Positions 12,959 through 23,228 are shown, counted from the first letter of the stretch. The stretch: 64,000 nt of DNA from an uncultured Syntrophomonadaceae bacterium (GCA_964636865.1 CAZWVJ010000001.1:54687-118686), one strand, 5' to 3'. Notes: generated by a model not told the origin, from the letters alone. Made by a program: numbers and translations.

Positions 12959-13321
12959 ATGAAAGAAACCTTAAATAGGTTACGCAAAAATAAAGAATTT
13001 AAAAGGGTTTACAAATTTGGTAATAAAGTTGTGGCCAAGTATACCGTTTTATTTTATATTCAAAATGATTTGGGCTATAACCGGGCAGGGTTTTCTATAA
13101 GCAAAAAGGTTGGAAATAGCGTACGCAGGCACCGCATAAAAAGGTTGTATTTTGAATCTCTTAGAAGATTGAATCCTAACCTGAAAAGGGGTTATGATCT
13201 GGTAATAGTAGCCAGAAAGTCTGCTATGAGAATGGATTATCATAGCGGCAAGAAAGAATTGGAGTCTATGCTTAAAAGAGCTCATTTATGGGCATATGAA
13301 GGAGATAAAAAAGCTAAATGA
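12959..13321 (+). CDS. rnpA: RNase P protein component
   Basis: 120 aa basic protein; conserved position after rpmH. Confidence 0.85.
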   Translation: MKETLNRLRKNKEFKRVYKFGNKVVAKYTVLFYIQNDLGYNRAGFSISKKVGNSVRRHRIKRLYFESLRRLNPNLKRGYDLVIVARKSAMRMDYHSGKKELESMLKRAHLWAYEGDKKAK

Positions 13322-13527
13322 AGTTAATTTTTTTATTTATTATAAGGATGTATCAACTACTCATATCCCCCATTATACCTTCAAGATGTCGATTTTACCC
13401 CACCTGTTCGGAATATACGTATGAAGCAATTAATAAATATGGGGTAATTAGAGGTTTATTTAAGGGGATTATCAGGCTGGGGAAATGTCATCCATTTCAC
13501 CCGGGTGGATATAATCCTGTTGAATAG
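13318..13527 (+). CDS. yidD: membrane protein insertion efficiency factor YidD
   Basis: 69 aa with the Cys-rich YidD pattern ([10 protein letters not shown]...[13 protein letters not shown]). Confidence 0.85.
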   Translation: MKLIFLFIIRMYQLLISPIIPSRCRFYPTCSEYTYEAINKYGVIRGLFKGIIRLGKCHPFHPGGYNPVE

Positions 13528-13553
13528 TTAATTTGTTAAGGAGATACTAAAGA

Positions 13554-14345
13554 ATGGGCGATATTTTATTTTCAATTGCAAGTTTTTTTGATGTAATTTT
13601 AACTTATATATACAATATAGTGCCTAATTTTGGCATTACCATAATTTTGCTTACCCTGTTAGTTAAACTTGTTACTTTTCCCCTGAACAATCAGCAAATA
13701 AAGTCTGCCAAAAAAATGCAGGAAGTACAACCGGAATTAAAAAAGATACAGGAAAAGTATAAAAATGACAAAGAGAAGCAAAATCAAGAAGTAATGAAAT
13801 TTATGCAGGAAAATAAGGTTAATCCTCTAGCAGGATGCATGCCGCTGATAATACAGTTACCGGTATTAATCGGCATATTTAGATTGCTCAGGGATGTAGA
13901 AAGCTTCGGCATTGCCCAGCTAGAAAATTTTAACCCTTATCTGATTCCGGCTTTAGCAGATACCGGTTTACAATGGGGAAATCTTGCAGTTGGGGATCCA
14001 ACCTATATTTTTCCCGTTTTAGCCGGAGTAACTACTTATCTTTATTCTAGGTTGAGTATGACAGACCCTAATCAAAAAATGATGTTGTATATTATGCCGG
14101 CCATGATTTTTGTTATCAGTGCCGGATTAATCGGGCCTGCTTTGCCTGCAGGGTTAATTTTGTACTGGATTGTTAACAACATGTTTTCTATAGGTCAGCA
14201 TTATTTACTTACCGGTAAGGAAGTAAAAGAAGAAGAGCCAAAAGGTAAGGAAACAAAAGAAAAGGAAGAAAAAGACGTGAAAGAAAAGGAAACGAAGGGT
14301 AAGGGAGCGAAAGAAGCGAAAGGAGCGAAAGCCAAGAGCAAATGA
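13554..14345 (+). CDS. yidC: membrane protein insertase YidC/Oxa1 family
   Basis: 263 aa; multi-TM core and Lys/Glu-rich C-terminal tail. Confidence 0.85.
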   Translation: MGDILFSIASFFDVILTYIYNIVPNFGITIILLTLLVKLVTFPLNNQQIKSAKKMQEVQPELKKIQEKYKNDKEKQNQEVMKFMQENKVNPLAGCMPLIIQLPVLIGIFRLLRDVESFGIAQLENFNPYLIPALADTGLQWGNLAVGDPTYIFPVLAGVTTYLYSRLSMTDPNQKMMLYIMPAMIFVISAGLIGPALPAGLILYWIVNNMFSIGQHYLLTGKEVKEEEPKGKETKEKEEKDVKEKETKGKGAKEAKGAKAKSK

Positions 14346-14977
14346 TTTCAGAAAACGAGAGTATTGAAATAATCGATAAAACAGTAGAAGATGCCATTGA
14401 GAGAGGAATAGAACAGTTAGGGGTAAAAAAAGAGAATGTGAATGTAGAAGTAGTAAATGAAGCCGGAAGCAACCTATGGGGTCTTTTGGGAAAGAAACAG
14501 GCAAGGGTTCAGATATCGATAAAACAAGGGTACAAAGAATATATGGAAAACTTCATGGAGAACCTCTTGAGGAAGATGGGTGTAAATGGAATTGTATCAG
14601 CTCAACAGAGTAACGGTGATTTATATATAAATGTAAATGGAGAAAATTTGGGGGTACTGATAGGCCGAAGAGGGCAAACTTTAAATTCATTACAATATTT
14701 AATAAATGTAGTAATGCGCCGCCAATTTGAAAATTTTGAAGGCAGGGTTATACTTGATGTGGAAAACTACAGACAGGAGAAGGAAACAACTCTCAAGCAG
14801 TTAGCTTTAAATATGGCTGATAAAGTAGAAACACAAAAACAAGAAATAACTTTAGAGCCAATGATACCCCAGGAAAGACGAATCATACATTTAGCACTTA
14901 AAGATAATCCCCATATCATTACTTATAGTTCGGGCGAAGAACCTTACCGGAAAGTGGTTATTGCTCCCGGAGAATAA
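14342..14977 (+). CDS. jag: Jag/KhpB RNA-binding protein (KH and R3H domains)
   Basis: 211 aa; GxxG KH loop and C-terminal R3H; follows yidC. Confidence 0.8.
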   Translation: MISENESIEIIDKTVEDAIERGIEQLGVKKENVNVEVVNEAGSNLWGLLGKKQARVQISIKQGYKEYMENFMENLLRKMGVNGIVSAQQSNGDLYINVNGENLGVLIGRRGQTLNSLQYLINVVMRRQFENFEGRVILDVENYRQEKETTLKQLALNMADKVETQKQEITLEPMIPQERRIIHLALKDNPHIITYSSGEEPYRKVVIAPGE

Positions 14978-15088
14978 TTATTAATTAACTATACATTGCA
15001 AACATGAAATCTTTTTAATAATAAATACCGCCTCCATTGGTGGTATTTTAAAATATTCTTATAAATTAAATATACGGGAGAATAATAC

Positions 15089-16489
15089 ATGCAAAATCCC
15101 TTTGAAGATGATTCAACAATTGCTGCAATATCAACACCTATTGGCGAAGGTGGTATAGGAATAGTGCGTATAAGTGGGCAGGATTCTTATGCTATAGCAA
15201 AAAAAATATTTTCTCCAAAGCATAAAGGAAAAAATTATCCTCAATCACATCGGCTTTATTATGGATTTATAGTAGATGAAAACCATGAAATTGTAGATGA
15301 AGTATTGGTTTCTTTTATGAAGGCTCCGGCTACCTATACAAGGGAAGATGTTGTGGAAATTAATTGCCATAGTGGAATATTGATGTTAAGAGTGATATTG
15401 GAGATGGTTTTAAAAAGTGGAGCTAGAATGGCTAATGCCGGTGAATTTACGCAAAGAGCATTTATAAACGGACGCATAGATTTAAGTCAGGCCGAAAATA
15501 TACTAAATTTAGTTACCGCTCGTTCGGAAAAAGCAATTAAAAGCGCTGCCAAATCTCTAACAGGAGAACTTTCAAGCAAGATAAATGCCCTGCGGGAACA
15601 GATGATTTCCATAATTGCTTTTATTGAAGCGTCTCTTGATTTTCCCGAGGATATTGAAGATGTTAATGATGAAGAGATGGAAAAAATAGTGAAGGAATTA
15701 ATCCAAATTCAGCGGGAAATAGAGCATCTGCATAAAAATGCGGAAAAGGGGAACATATTTCAATATGGCCTGAAAGTTTCCATTGTAGGGAAACCTAATG
15801 TCGGTAAATCTTCATTGCTGAATTCTCTAATTAATAAACAAAGGTCTATTGTAACTGAAATACCGGGAACAACCAGAGATTTGTTGGAAGAACAAATTAA
15901 TATAGAGGGGGTACCGGTGGTCTTTGTTGATACGGCTGGAATAAGGAAAACGGAAGAACCCGTAGAATCTATAGGTGTGGAATATTCTAAAGGAGCTATA
16001 GAAGATTCTGACTTGGTGCTATTTCTAATCGATGCTTTTACGGGAATTGAAGAAGAAGACAAAGAAATTATGAATTTTATTCTTAAATCTCAAAAAGATT
16101 ATTTAATATTGGTAAATAAAATAGATTTAAAGGACTGGAAAGAAGAACATAAGTATATGGAAGGTGTTGATAGTAAACGCATCGTAAAAATTTCGGTAAA
16201 AGAGAAGAAAGGAATAGAAGCGATAGAAAAAAGCATAGTCTCTATGGTGGAAGGAGGAACAACAACAGGTAGAGAAGACTCCATGATTTTAAATGTGCGG
16301 CACAAGGAAGCCTTAAAGGAGGCACAAAAACATTTAAATGAGGCCTTGCTAAACGTGGAAACGAATCCTATTGATTTAATTACGAGTGATTTAAAAATGG
16401 CCGAAGAAAAATTGGGTGAGATAACCGGCAGTTATGTTTCTAAAGATATATTGGAACATATTTTCTCTAACTTTTGTATTGGAAAATAA
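15089..16489 (+). CDS. mnmE: tRNA modification GTPase MnmE
   Basis: 466 aa; G-domain GKPNVGKSS...DTAG...NKID; C-terminal CIGK. Confidence 0.9.
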   Translation: MQNPFEDDSTIAAISTPIGEGGIGIVRISGQDSYAIAKKIFSPKHKGKNYPQSHRLYYGFIVDENHEIVDEVLVSFMKAPATYTREDVVEINCHSGILMLRVILEMVLKSGARMANAGEFTQRAFINGRIDLSQAENILNLVTARSEKAIKSAAKSLTGELSSKINALREQMISIIAFIEASLDFPEDIEDVNDEEMEKIVKELIQIQREIEHLHKNAEKGNIFQYGLKVSIVGKPNVGKSSLLNSLINKQRSIVTEIPGTTRDLLEEQINIEGVPVVFVDTAGIRKTEEPVESIGVEYSKGAIEDSDLVLFLIDAFTGIEEEDKEIMNFILKSQKDYLILVNKIDLKDWKEEHKYMEGVDSKRIVKISVKEKKGIEAIEKSIVSMVEGGTTTGREDSMILNVRHKEALKEAQKHLNEALLNVETNPIDLITSDLKMAEEKLGEITGSYVSKDILEHIFSNFCIGK

Positions 16490-17184
16490 AAATGCAAGAA
16501 AAACTAGCTGAAAGTTTAAGAGAAATAGGAGTATCTTTTAAGGAAGAAGAAATAGAACTTTCGTCTAAATTTTTAAATGCGGTTTGGGAATCTAAACAAT
16601 TTTTTAATCTTACTTCGGTTAAAAGTGAAGAAGAACTAATAAACAAACATTTTATAGATTCTCTGTATCTTTTGAATTTTTTCTCGTTTGAAAGCGGAAA
16701 AGTCTCTATTGTTGATTTAGGAACAGGAGCGGGGTTTCCCGGAGTTCCCTTAAAAATATTTCAAAAACAATTATCTTTATACCTCCTTGAAGCAAAACGG
16801 CGAAAATTAAATTTTATAAAATATACGTTAGAAACAATGAGGATCAAAAATGTTTATTATTTACATGATAGAGCTGAAAATATAGCTCGGCAGGAATACT
16901 ATCGTGAAAAATACCAATATTTATGCAGCCGAGCAGCGGCAAGGCTGCCTATTTTACTGGAAATAGGAATGCCCTTGCTAAAAGTAGGAGGAGTATTGAT
17001 AACTTATAAAGGGGCAAGAGGTAAAGAGGAAATTCAGGAAGCAGAAGAGGCAATAGAAAAAGTTGGAGGCAAAATAATTAAAGAATGTTTTTATAAATTA
17101 CCCGAGGGAGAACGAAGATATATTTTTTTGATAAAGAAAATTAAGCCGACTGCTGAGATATATCCGCGCAGAAAAATTAAATAG
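16474..17184 (+). CDS. rsmG: 16S rRNA m7G527 methyltransferase RsmG
   Basis: SAM-binding motif DLGTGAGFPG; its start overlaps the mnmE stop, so no mnmG lies between. The start could instead be the internal ATG at about 16492. Confidence 0.85.
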   Translation: MYWKIKMQEKLAESLREIGVSFKEEEIELSSKFLNAVWESKQFFNLTSVKSEEELINKHFIDSLYLLNFFSFESGKVSIVDLGTGAGFPGVPLKIFQKQLSLYLLEAKRRKLNFIKYTLETMRIKNVYYLHDRAENIARQEYYREKYQYLCSRAAARLPILLEIGMPLLKVGGVLITYKGARGKEEIQEAEEAIEKVGGKIIKECFYKLPEGERRYIFLIKKIKPTAEIYPRRKIK

Positions 17185-17269
17185 AAAAAACATCCGTAAA
17201 TCTAAAGATAATTAGAAGGGAATTATAATAGTTTTGTCAAATTATTTAGCAATAAGGCGGTGAATATTT

Positions 17270-18094
17270 TTGAATGATGAGAAAAAAATTCTGCCATGGC
17301 TTGCAAACAGTTCGGAAAAAGAAAAAATTAGCATGGTAGATTTAGAAAAGATTGAAACTAACCCTTATCAACCTAGACGTGTAGTTGAAGAAGAAACTAT
17401 AAATGATTTGGCACATTCTATTAAGAATTATGGATTAATTCAACCAATAATATTAAGAAAGATAGATAAAGAACGGTATCAGATTGTAGTAGGGGAAAGA
17501 AGGCTTTTAGCTTGTAGGAAATTAGGTTGGGAGAAAATATCTGCAGTAGTTAAAGATCTTTCAGATAATGCTACTGCTACGATAGCACTAATTGAGAATT
17601 TGCAAAGGGAAAATTTAAATATTGTTGAAGAAGCAGAAGGATATTACAGGCTAATGGAAGAGTTTGGATTTACGCAAGAAGTTTTGGCCCAGAGATTGGG
17701 AAAAAGTCAATCAGGAATTGCTAATAAAATAAGGCTGTTAAAATTGCCGGATAAGGTTAAACAGATGTTAAGCAGCGGAGAAATTACGGAGAGGCATGCT
17801 AGAGGGTTGTTAAAATTGTTTTCTGAAGAAGAGCAGGAAAAAATAGCAGATGAAATAGTAAATAAAAACCTGAATGTTAAGCAAACTGAAAAAAGAATAG
17901 AAGAAAGCATAAAGAATGGAAAAACAAAAGGCAAAGGAAAGCAAAGTAAAACCATAGTGCGTGATTTAAGAATATATTTAAATACCATTCGCCAGGCGGT
18001 AAATATAATTCAAAGATCCGGAATAAACCCAACTGTAGTGGAAAATGATGAAGATGATTATTATGAGATAAGTATTAAATTACCTAAAAAATAA
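17270..18094 (+). CDS. noc: nucleoid occlusion protein / ParB-family paralogue
   Basis: ParB N-terminal domain (GLIQPIILRK..., VVGERRLLA) and HTH; first of two ParB paralogues directly upstream of parA, as for noc in Bacillus. TTG start. Confidence 0.7.
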   Translation: MNDEKKILPWLANSSEKEKISMVDLEKIETNPYQPRRVVEEETINDLAHSIKNYGLIQPIILRKIDKERYQIVVGERRLLACRKLGWEKISAVVKDLSDNATATIALIENLQRENLNIVEEAEGYYRLMEEFGFTQEVLAQRLGKSQSGIANKIRLLKLPDKVKQMLSSGEITERHARGLLKLFSEEEQEKIADEIVNKNLNVKQTEKRIEESIKNGKTKGKGKQSKTIVRDLRIYLNTIRQAVNIIQRSGINPTVVENDEDDYYEISIKLPKK

Positions 18095-18167
18095 TTTAGG
18101 GTAAGATTTATAAAAAGGCTTTATTAAGCCAAAGTAAGTTTTAAGTAAATGCAGGTTGGAGGTAAGA

Positions 18168-18929
18168 ATGGCTCGAATAATTGCCATAGCTAATCAAAAA
18201 GGTGGGGTAGGCAAAACCACTACTGCTGTTAATTTGAGTGCTGCCCTGGCGGAAATGGGAAAAAAAGTTTTATTAATTGATATTGATCCACAGGGGAATA
18301 CTACCAGCGGAATTGGCATGGAAAAAGATAATATAAAAAATTGTATTTATGATGTATTAATAAATGAAATACCTCTGAAAAAGGTTATACTGGAAAGCAA
18401 GTATAAAAATCTTGATTTGGCCCCTTCTTCTATTCAACTTGCTGGAGCAGAAGTAGAATTAGTATTGACCATATCTCGGGAAGTTAAATTAAAAGAAGCA
18501 ATGCATCAAATTAAGGACAAATATGAGATAGTAATTATTGATTGTCCACCATCTTTGGGGCTATTAACTTTAAATGCCTTAACAGCGGCACATGGAGTTT
18601 TAATACCTATTCAATGCGAATATTATGCCTTAGAAGGATTGGGGCAATTAATGAATACTATAAACTTAGTAAAAAAGCACCTGAATACCGGATTAAGTAT
18701 TGAAGGTGTATTATTAACAATGTATGATGTCAGGACTAATCTATCTTCGCAGGTAGCAGAAGAAGTAAAAAATTATTTTGATAAAATGGTATATGAGAAT
18801 GTAATACCAAGAAATGTAAGATTAAGTGAGGCACCAAGTTATGGCAAGGCAATTATAGATTATGATCCAAAAAGTAAGGGAAGCAAAGTTTATGGGGAAC
18901 TAGCGCGAGAGGTGGTTAAAAATGAGTAG
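18168..18929 (+). CDS. soj: chromosome partitioning ATPase ParA/Soj
   Basis: Deviant Walker A KGGVGKTT; ATG 18168 after a GGAGGT RBS (track start TTG 18156). Confidence 0.9.
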   Translation: MARIIAIANQKGGVGKTTTAVNLSAALAEMGKKVLLIDIDPQGNTTSGIGMEKDNIKNCIYDVLINEIPLKKVILESKYKNLDLAPSSIQLAGAEVELVLTISREVKLKEAMHQIKDKYEIVIIDCPPSLGLLTLNALTAAHGVLIPIQCEYYALEGLGQLMNTINLVKKHLNTGLSIEGVLLTMYDVRTNLSSQVAEEVKNYFDKMVYENVIPRNVRLSEAPSYGKAIIDYDPKSKGSKVYGELAREVVKNE

Positions 18930-19785
18930 TAAGAAAAGACTGGGTAAAGGTTTAGAAGCGCTCATACCTGATCATAAAAGTAAAGATGATTTATCGGTAC
19001 AAGAAGTAGCGATAGATGAAATTAAAGCTAACCCTTATCAACCTCGCTCAGATTTTGACGAAGAAGGATTAAAAGAGTTAGCCGATTCAATTGCAGAGCA
19101 TGGGATTGTTCAACCCGTTATAATTTCGCCTGCAGAGGATGGCTATATTATGATAGCAGGAGAAAGAAGAATGAGAGCAGCAAAAATTGTGGGAATGGAA
19201 ACTATTCCGGCTATTATCAAAGAAATAGAAAATGAAGACCAGGTTAAAATTGCCCTGGTTGAAAATTTGCAAAGGGAAGACTTAAATCCGGTTGAAGAAG
19301 CAAAGGCATATAATTTTCTAATTGAAGAATTTGCATTTACTCAAGAAAAAATTGCGAAGGCATTGGGCAAAAGCAGATCCTCTATTGCTAATACCATTAG
19401 ATTATTATCTTTACCTGATGATATAAAAAATGCATTGGCTGCAGGAAAAATTAACATGGGGCAGGCGCGCTCCTTACTTTCTATTAAGGATGAAAAAGAC
19501 CAGGTAGAAATGGCTCGTAAAATCATGGAAGATAAAATTACAGTTAGGGAAGTAGAAAAGAAAGTATCGGAAATAAAAGAAGGCAAGAAAGAAGGGGGAA
19601 AACAAAAGACCTTTAAAGAGAACTGGACAGAAGGTCTCCATATAAATGAAATAAAAGAAGAACTTCAAGAGCACTTAGGAACAAAAGTAAAAATTAGTGG
19701 GCAAAAACAAAAGGGTTTAATAGAAATAGAGTTTTATGACAATGAAGATTTGGAAAGGCTAAAAGAGTTAATTATGAGTAAATAA
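18922..19785 (+). CDS. spo0J: chromosome partitioning protein ParB/Spo0J
   Basis: ParB box GERRMRAAK, HTH, C-terminal dimerisation region; overlaps the parA stop. Confidence 0.88.
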   Translation: MSSKKRLGKGLEALIPDHKSKDDLSVQEVAIDEIKANPYQPRSDFDEEGLKELADSIAEHGIVQPVIISPAEDGYIMIAGERRMRAAKIVGMETIPAIIKEIENEDQVKIALVENLQREDLNPVEEAKAYNFLIEEFAFTQEKIAKALGKSRSSIANTIRLLSLPDDIKNALAAGKINMGQARSLLSIKDEKDQVEMARKIMEDKITVREVEKKVSEIKEGKKEGGKQKTFKENWTEGLHINEIKEELQEHLGTKVKISGQKQKGLIEIEFYDNEDLERLKELIMSK

Positions 19786-19795
19786 GCATGTTTAA

Positions 19796-19811
19796 TGTTT
19801 CACGTGAAACA
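19796..19811. promoter_or_regulatory. parS centromere site TGTTTCACGTGAAACA
   Basis: Perfect 16-bp palindrome matching the Firmicutes parS consensus TGTTNCACGTGAAACA, 11 bp after the parB stop. It may also form the stem of a weak terminator (GAAACA...TGTTTC, then GCGCTTTTTTC). Confidence 0.85.
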
Positions 19812-20187
19812 TTCTATGAAGGTGTTTCGCGCTTTTTTCTATTCATAACTCCGTATTTTTCTCTTAAAAAAGATTGCCTCACATTTGATAAATAAACTGT
19901 TATTTATAATAAAGGGTTCCTCAATTTCCCTATAATCAAAAATGCTAATGTGGCAAAAAATAACTTTAGTAATTAATTTGTTTTATCGACTTATTTGCAA
20001 TGATAAAGGAGATAATTTACCCTTTATCAGTAAAGCACAAAATTATATTAATTTAGCAGGAAATATGTAATAAAAGAAGAAGTACACGCTCTGCATATAT
20101 TATTTTTGGTAGCAGCTAAGGAGCAGTAATTAGGAAAGTAAAAGAATTAAAGAAATTTTCAAACTAAGTACTTTAGGGGGGATCTAT

Positions 20188-20832
20188 TTGATAGTTATCC
20201 TTTTAGGGCCACCAGGTGCAGGGAAGGGAACTCAGGCTGAGCGTATAATTGATCATCATAAATTAACGCATGTTTCCACGGGAGATATCTTAAGATCATC
20301 AGTAAAAAAAGGTACAGAGCTTGGCAATAAAGCAAAAGAATTTATGGATAAGGGAGAGCTTGTTTCTGATGACATAATAATTGGCATAGTGGAAGAACGT
20401 TTAAAAGAGCCTGACTGTAAAAGCGGGGCATTATTAGATGGTTTTCCGAGAACTGTAGTGCAGGCCAGATCTTTGGATAAAGTATTGGAAAAAATGGAGC
20501 GCTCCATAAAAGCTGTTATTTATATTGATGTAGATGAAGAAGAAATTATATCTCGTTTAACGGGAAGAAGAATTTGTCGTGAATGCGGAGCTTCCTATCA
20601 TTTAAAATTTAATCCTCCCCAAGTGCGAAATGTATGCGATCAATGTGGAGGAGGATTGTATCAAAGGGAAGATGATAGTTTTGAAACGGTTAAGCAGCGC
20701 ATAAGTGTTTACCAAGAGCAAACAGAACCACTCATAAATTATTATGAAAAAAATAATTTATTAGAAAAAGTTGATGGCAATCAAGACATTGACGAAGTTT
20801 TTAAAGAAATTAAGAAGATATTGGAAAAATAA
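20188..20832 (+). CDS. adk: adenylate kinase
   Basis: P-loop GPPGAGKGTQ, Zn-binding LID with CRECG...CDQCGG; TTG start after a GGGGGG RBS. Confidence 0.9.
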   Translation: MIVILLGPPGAGKGTQAERIIDHHKLTHVSTGDILRSSVKKGTELGNKAKEFMDKGELVSDDIIIGIVEERLKEPDCKSGALLDGFPRTVVQARSLDKVLEKMERSIKAVIYIDVDEEEIISRLTGRRICRECGASYHLKFNPPQVRNVCDQCGGGLYQREDDSFETVKQRISVYQEQTEPLINYYEKNNLLEKVDGNQDIDEVFKEIKKILEK

Positions 20833-20949
20833 AAATAGGCAGTGGGGAGCCAGTTAAGCGTTAAAATTTTTTTCAAGATAGATAAGCATTTTAATTAGAG
20901 ATTTGAAAACCTTTTTCCGAGGGATATAATCTTTGAGGAGATGTAAATA

Positions 20950-21132
20950 ATGGTTCAATATGAATTGGGCCAGATAGTTAAGCTTAAGAAAAGCCATCCT
21001 TGTGGGGAAAATCGCTGGAAAATTATTCGCATAGGTATGGACTTTCGCTTGAAATGTTTGAAGTGTGGAAGAAGTGTTCTTTTGCCTAGGTCAAGGTTTG
21101 AGCGCCGGGTAAAAGAAATTTTAGACGAATAA
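20950..21132 (+). CDS. DUF951 (YyzM-like) small protein
   Basis: 60 aa; CxxC...CxxC pattern; next to ychF as in the Bacillus origin region. Confidence 0.6.
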   Translation: MVQYELGQIVKLKKSHPCGENRWKIIRIGMDFRLKCLKCGRSVLLPRSRFERRVKEILDE

Positions 21133-21178
21133 TATAGCGAGGAAAGGATGTGGAAATTTAAGGAAAGGATGAAGGCTT

Positions 21179-22267
21179 TTGGCATTAAGCTGTGGCATTT
21201 TGGGGTTGCCCAATGCAGGAAAGTCAACTCTCTTCAGGGCGTTAACTTCTATACCGGTTTTAGTAGAAAGCTACCCGTTTTCTACTATTGATCCCAATAA
21301 AGGGATGATTCCTATTGTGGATAAGCGACTAGAAAACATTGCAGATCTTACTATGCCGGAGAAGATTACTCCTGCTTATTTAGAGGTTATTGATGTAGCC
21401 GGGTTAGTTAAAGGCGCTCACAGAGGTGAAGGTCTGGGTAATCAGTTTTTGTCGTATTTGCGGGAAGTCCATGCATTAATTCATGTTATAGGTGATTTTG
21501 ACGAAAGTGAAGGCGTTGCTGAAGATAGCGACGAGATGTTAACAGATAAAGCAGAAACAGTAAATCAGGAATTAATTTTGGCTGATATATATACTCTGGA
21601 AAATAGGAAAAATAAAATAGAAAAAAAGGCTCAAAGCGGTGAAAAAGAGTCACAACAAGAACTGTTAATAATAGATAGTTTAATTGAATATTTAAATAGA
21701 GGTAATTTACTGCGAACCAGGGAAAGTAAAAAAGAAGAACTGGAAATAGCCGGTGAATTAAATTTAATTACTAATAAGCAAATGGTTTTTGTTTTAAACA
21801 GGCATGAAAATAAACTTAATGAAGAAATACCGGGTAAAATAAAAGATTATGCTGAGGCGCGGCATTCACCTGTTATTTCTATATGTGCCAAATTGGAATA
21901 TGAACTGCAGGAACTTGATGAAGAGGAAAGAGAAATGTTTAAAAAAGAATACGGGTTGGAGCAAACTGCTTTGCCATATATTATTGATGTTTCCCGCCGG
22001 ATGTTAGAGCTGATAACATTCTTTACAATTAAAGGCACGGAAACTAAAGCATGGCTGGTAAGAAAAAATACGACGGCTTTTGAGGCAGCAGGAAAAATTC
22101 ATACGGATATGCAAAAAGGTTTCATTGCAGTGGAAGTTATTACTTACGAAGAACTTATGGAGGCGCAGTCATTGAAAAATGCCAGGGAGAAAGGACTTGT
22201 TAATGTAGAAGGAAAAAACTATGTAATAAAAGATGGAGATATTTTAAGCTTCCGCTTTTCCCATTAA
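21179..22267 (+). CDS. ychF: ribosome-binding ATPase YchF
   Basis: G1 GLPNAGKST; C-terminal TGS domain; TTG start after an AAGGAAAGGA RBS. Confidence 0.9.
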   Translation: MALSCGILGLPNAGKSTLFRALTSIPVLVESYPFSTIDPNKGMIPIVDKRLENIADLTMPEKITPAYLEVIDVAGLVKGAHRGEGLGNQFLSYLREVHALIHVIGDFDESEGVAEDSDEMLTDKAETVNQELILADIYTLENRKNKIEKKAQSGEKESQQELLIIDSLIEYLNRGNLLRTRESKKEELEIAGELNLITNKQMVFVLNRHENKLNEEIPGKIKDYAEARHSPVISICAKLEYELQELDEEEREMFKKEYGLEQTALPYIIDVSRRMLELITFFTIKGTETKAWLVRKNTTAFEAAGKIHTDMQKGFIAVEVITYEELMEAQSLKNAREKGLVNVEGKNYVIKDGDILSFRFSH

Positions 22268-22292
22268 TTATTTCCCGGGAAATAATTAATGG
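22261..22292. promoter_or_regulatory. 32-bp perfect palindrome containing the Noc-binding-site consensus ATTTCCCGGGAAAT (22270-22283)
   Basis: CCATTAATTATTTCCCGGGAAATAATTAATGG equals its own reverse complement. The core matches the B. subtilis NBS exactly. It spans the ychF stop codon (22265-22267). Confidence 0.7.
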
Positions 22293-22346
22293 GAAAACAA
22301 TTGGTGCTGAGATAATTGTAACTTATAAACAATGGAGGTAATTATT

Positions 22347-23228
22347 ATGGCTTTAAAAATATTTATGAATGATAAAATAGTATCGGAAAACGACGCGAAA
22401 GTATCTGTTTTTGATCATGGTTTTCTCTATGGTGATGGCGTTTTTGAAGGTATCCGCGTATACAACGGAAAGGTGTTTAAATTAAAAGAGCACGTAAAAC
22501 GTCTTTTTGAATCAGCGCATGCCATCATGCTCGAAATACCTTATAGTAGAGAAGAAATGGAAGAAATAGTGAAAAAAACGGTTAGAGAAAATGACTTAGT
22601 GGATGCATATGTCCGAGTGGTTGTTTCACGTGGAACAGGAGATCTTGGGTTGGATCCGCGTAAATGCAAAGAAGCTCAAGTAGTTGTCATAGCTGATTCT
22701 ATAACCCTTTTTCCTGATGAACTTTATGAAGAAGGGCTAAAGGTAATAACGGTGAATACGAGGCGTAATATTCCAGACGCACTTCCTCCTCAAATTAAAT
22801 CTTTAAATTATTTAAATAACATTCTGGTTAAGATCGAAGCTAACCAAGCTGGCGTTTTGGAAGCTATTATGCTTAATAATAATGGTTTTGTTACTGAGGG
22901 TTCCGGAGACAATATTTTTATCATGAAAAATGGTAAACTTCTTACTCCACCCTCCTACATAGGCATATTAGAAGGCATAACCCGGCAGATGGCAATTAAT
23001 TTAGCACAGGAAATGGGAGTCGTAATTGAAGAATCCCCGTTTACTTGTTATGATCTTTATATTGCAGATGAATGTTTCTTGACCGGCACTGCCGCGGAAA
23101 TTATTCCGGTTATTGAAGTTGACGGGAGGAAGATAGGCAAAGGTGTGCCCGGCAAGGTGACCCGGCAGCTAATGTCGATGTTTAAGGAACAAACTAGAAA
23201 CAGCGGCGAAGAAGTTTATCCTGAATAA
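22347..23228 (+). CDS. ilvE: branched-chain amino acid aminotransferase (fold-type IV PLP enzyme)
   Basis: Class IV aminotransferase pattern (GDGVFEGIR, EAIMLNNNG, FLTGTAAEI); ATG 22347 is 7 nt after GGAGGT (track ORF begins inside the RBS at 22332). Confidence 0.8.
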   Translation: MALKIFMNDKIVSENDAKVSVFDHGFLYGDGVFEGIRVYNGKVFKLKEHVKRLFESAHAIMLEIPYSREEMEEIVKKTVRENDLVDAYVRVVVSRGTGDLGLDPRKCKEAQVVVIADSITLFPDELYEEGLKVITVNTRRNIPDALPPQIKSLNYLNNILVKIEANQAGVLEAIMLNNNGFVTEGSGDNIFIMKNGKLLTPPSYIGILEGITRQMAINLAQEMGVVIEESPFTCYDLYIADECFLTGTAAEIIPVIEVDGRKIGKGVPGKVTRQLMSMFKEQTRNSGEEVYPE

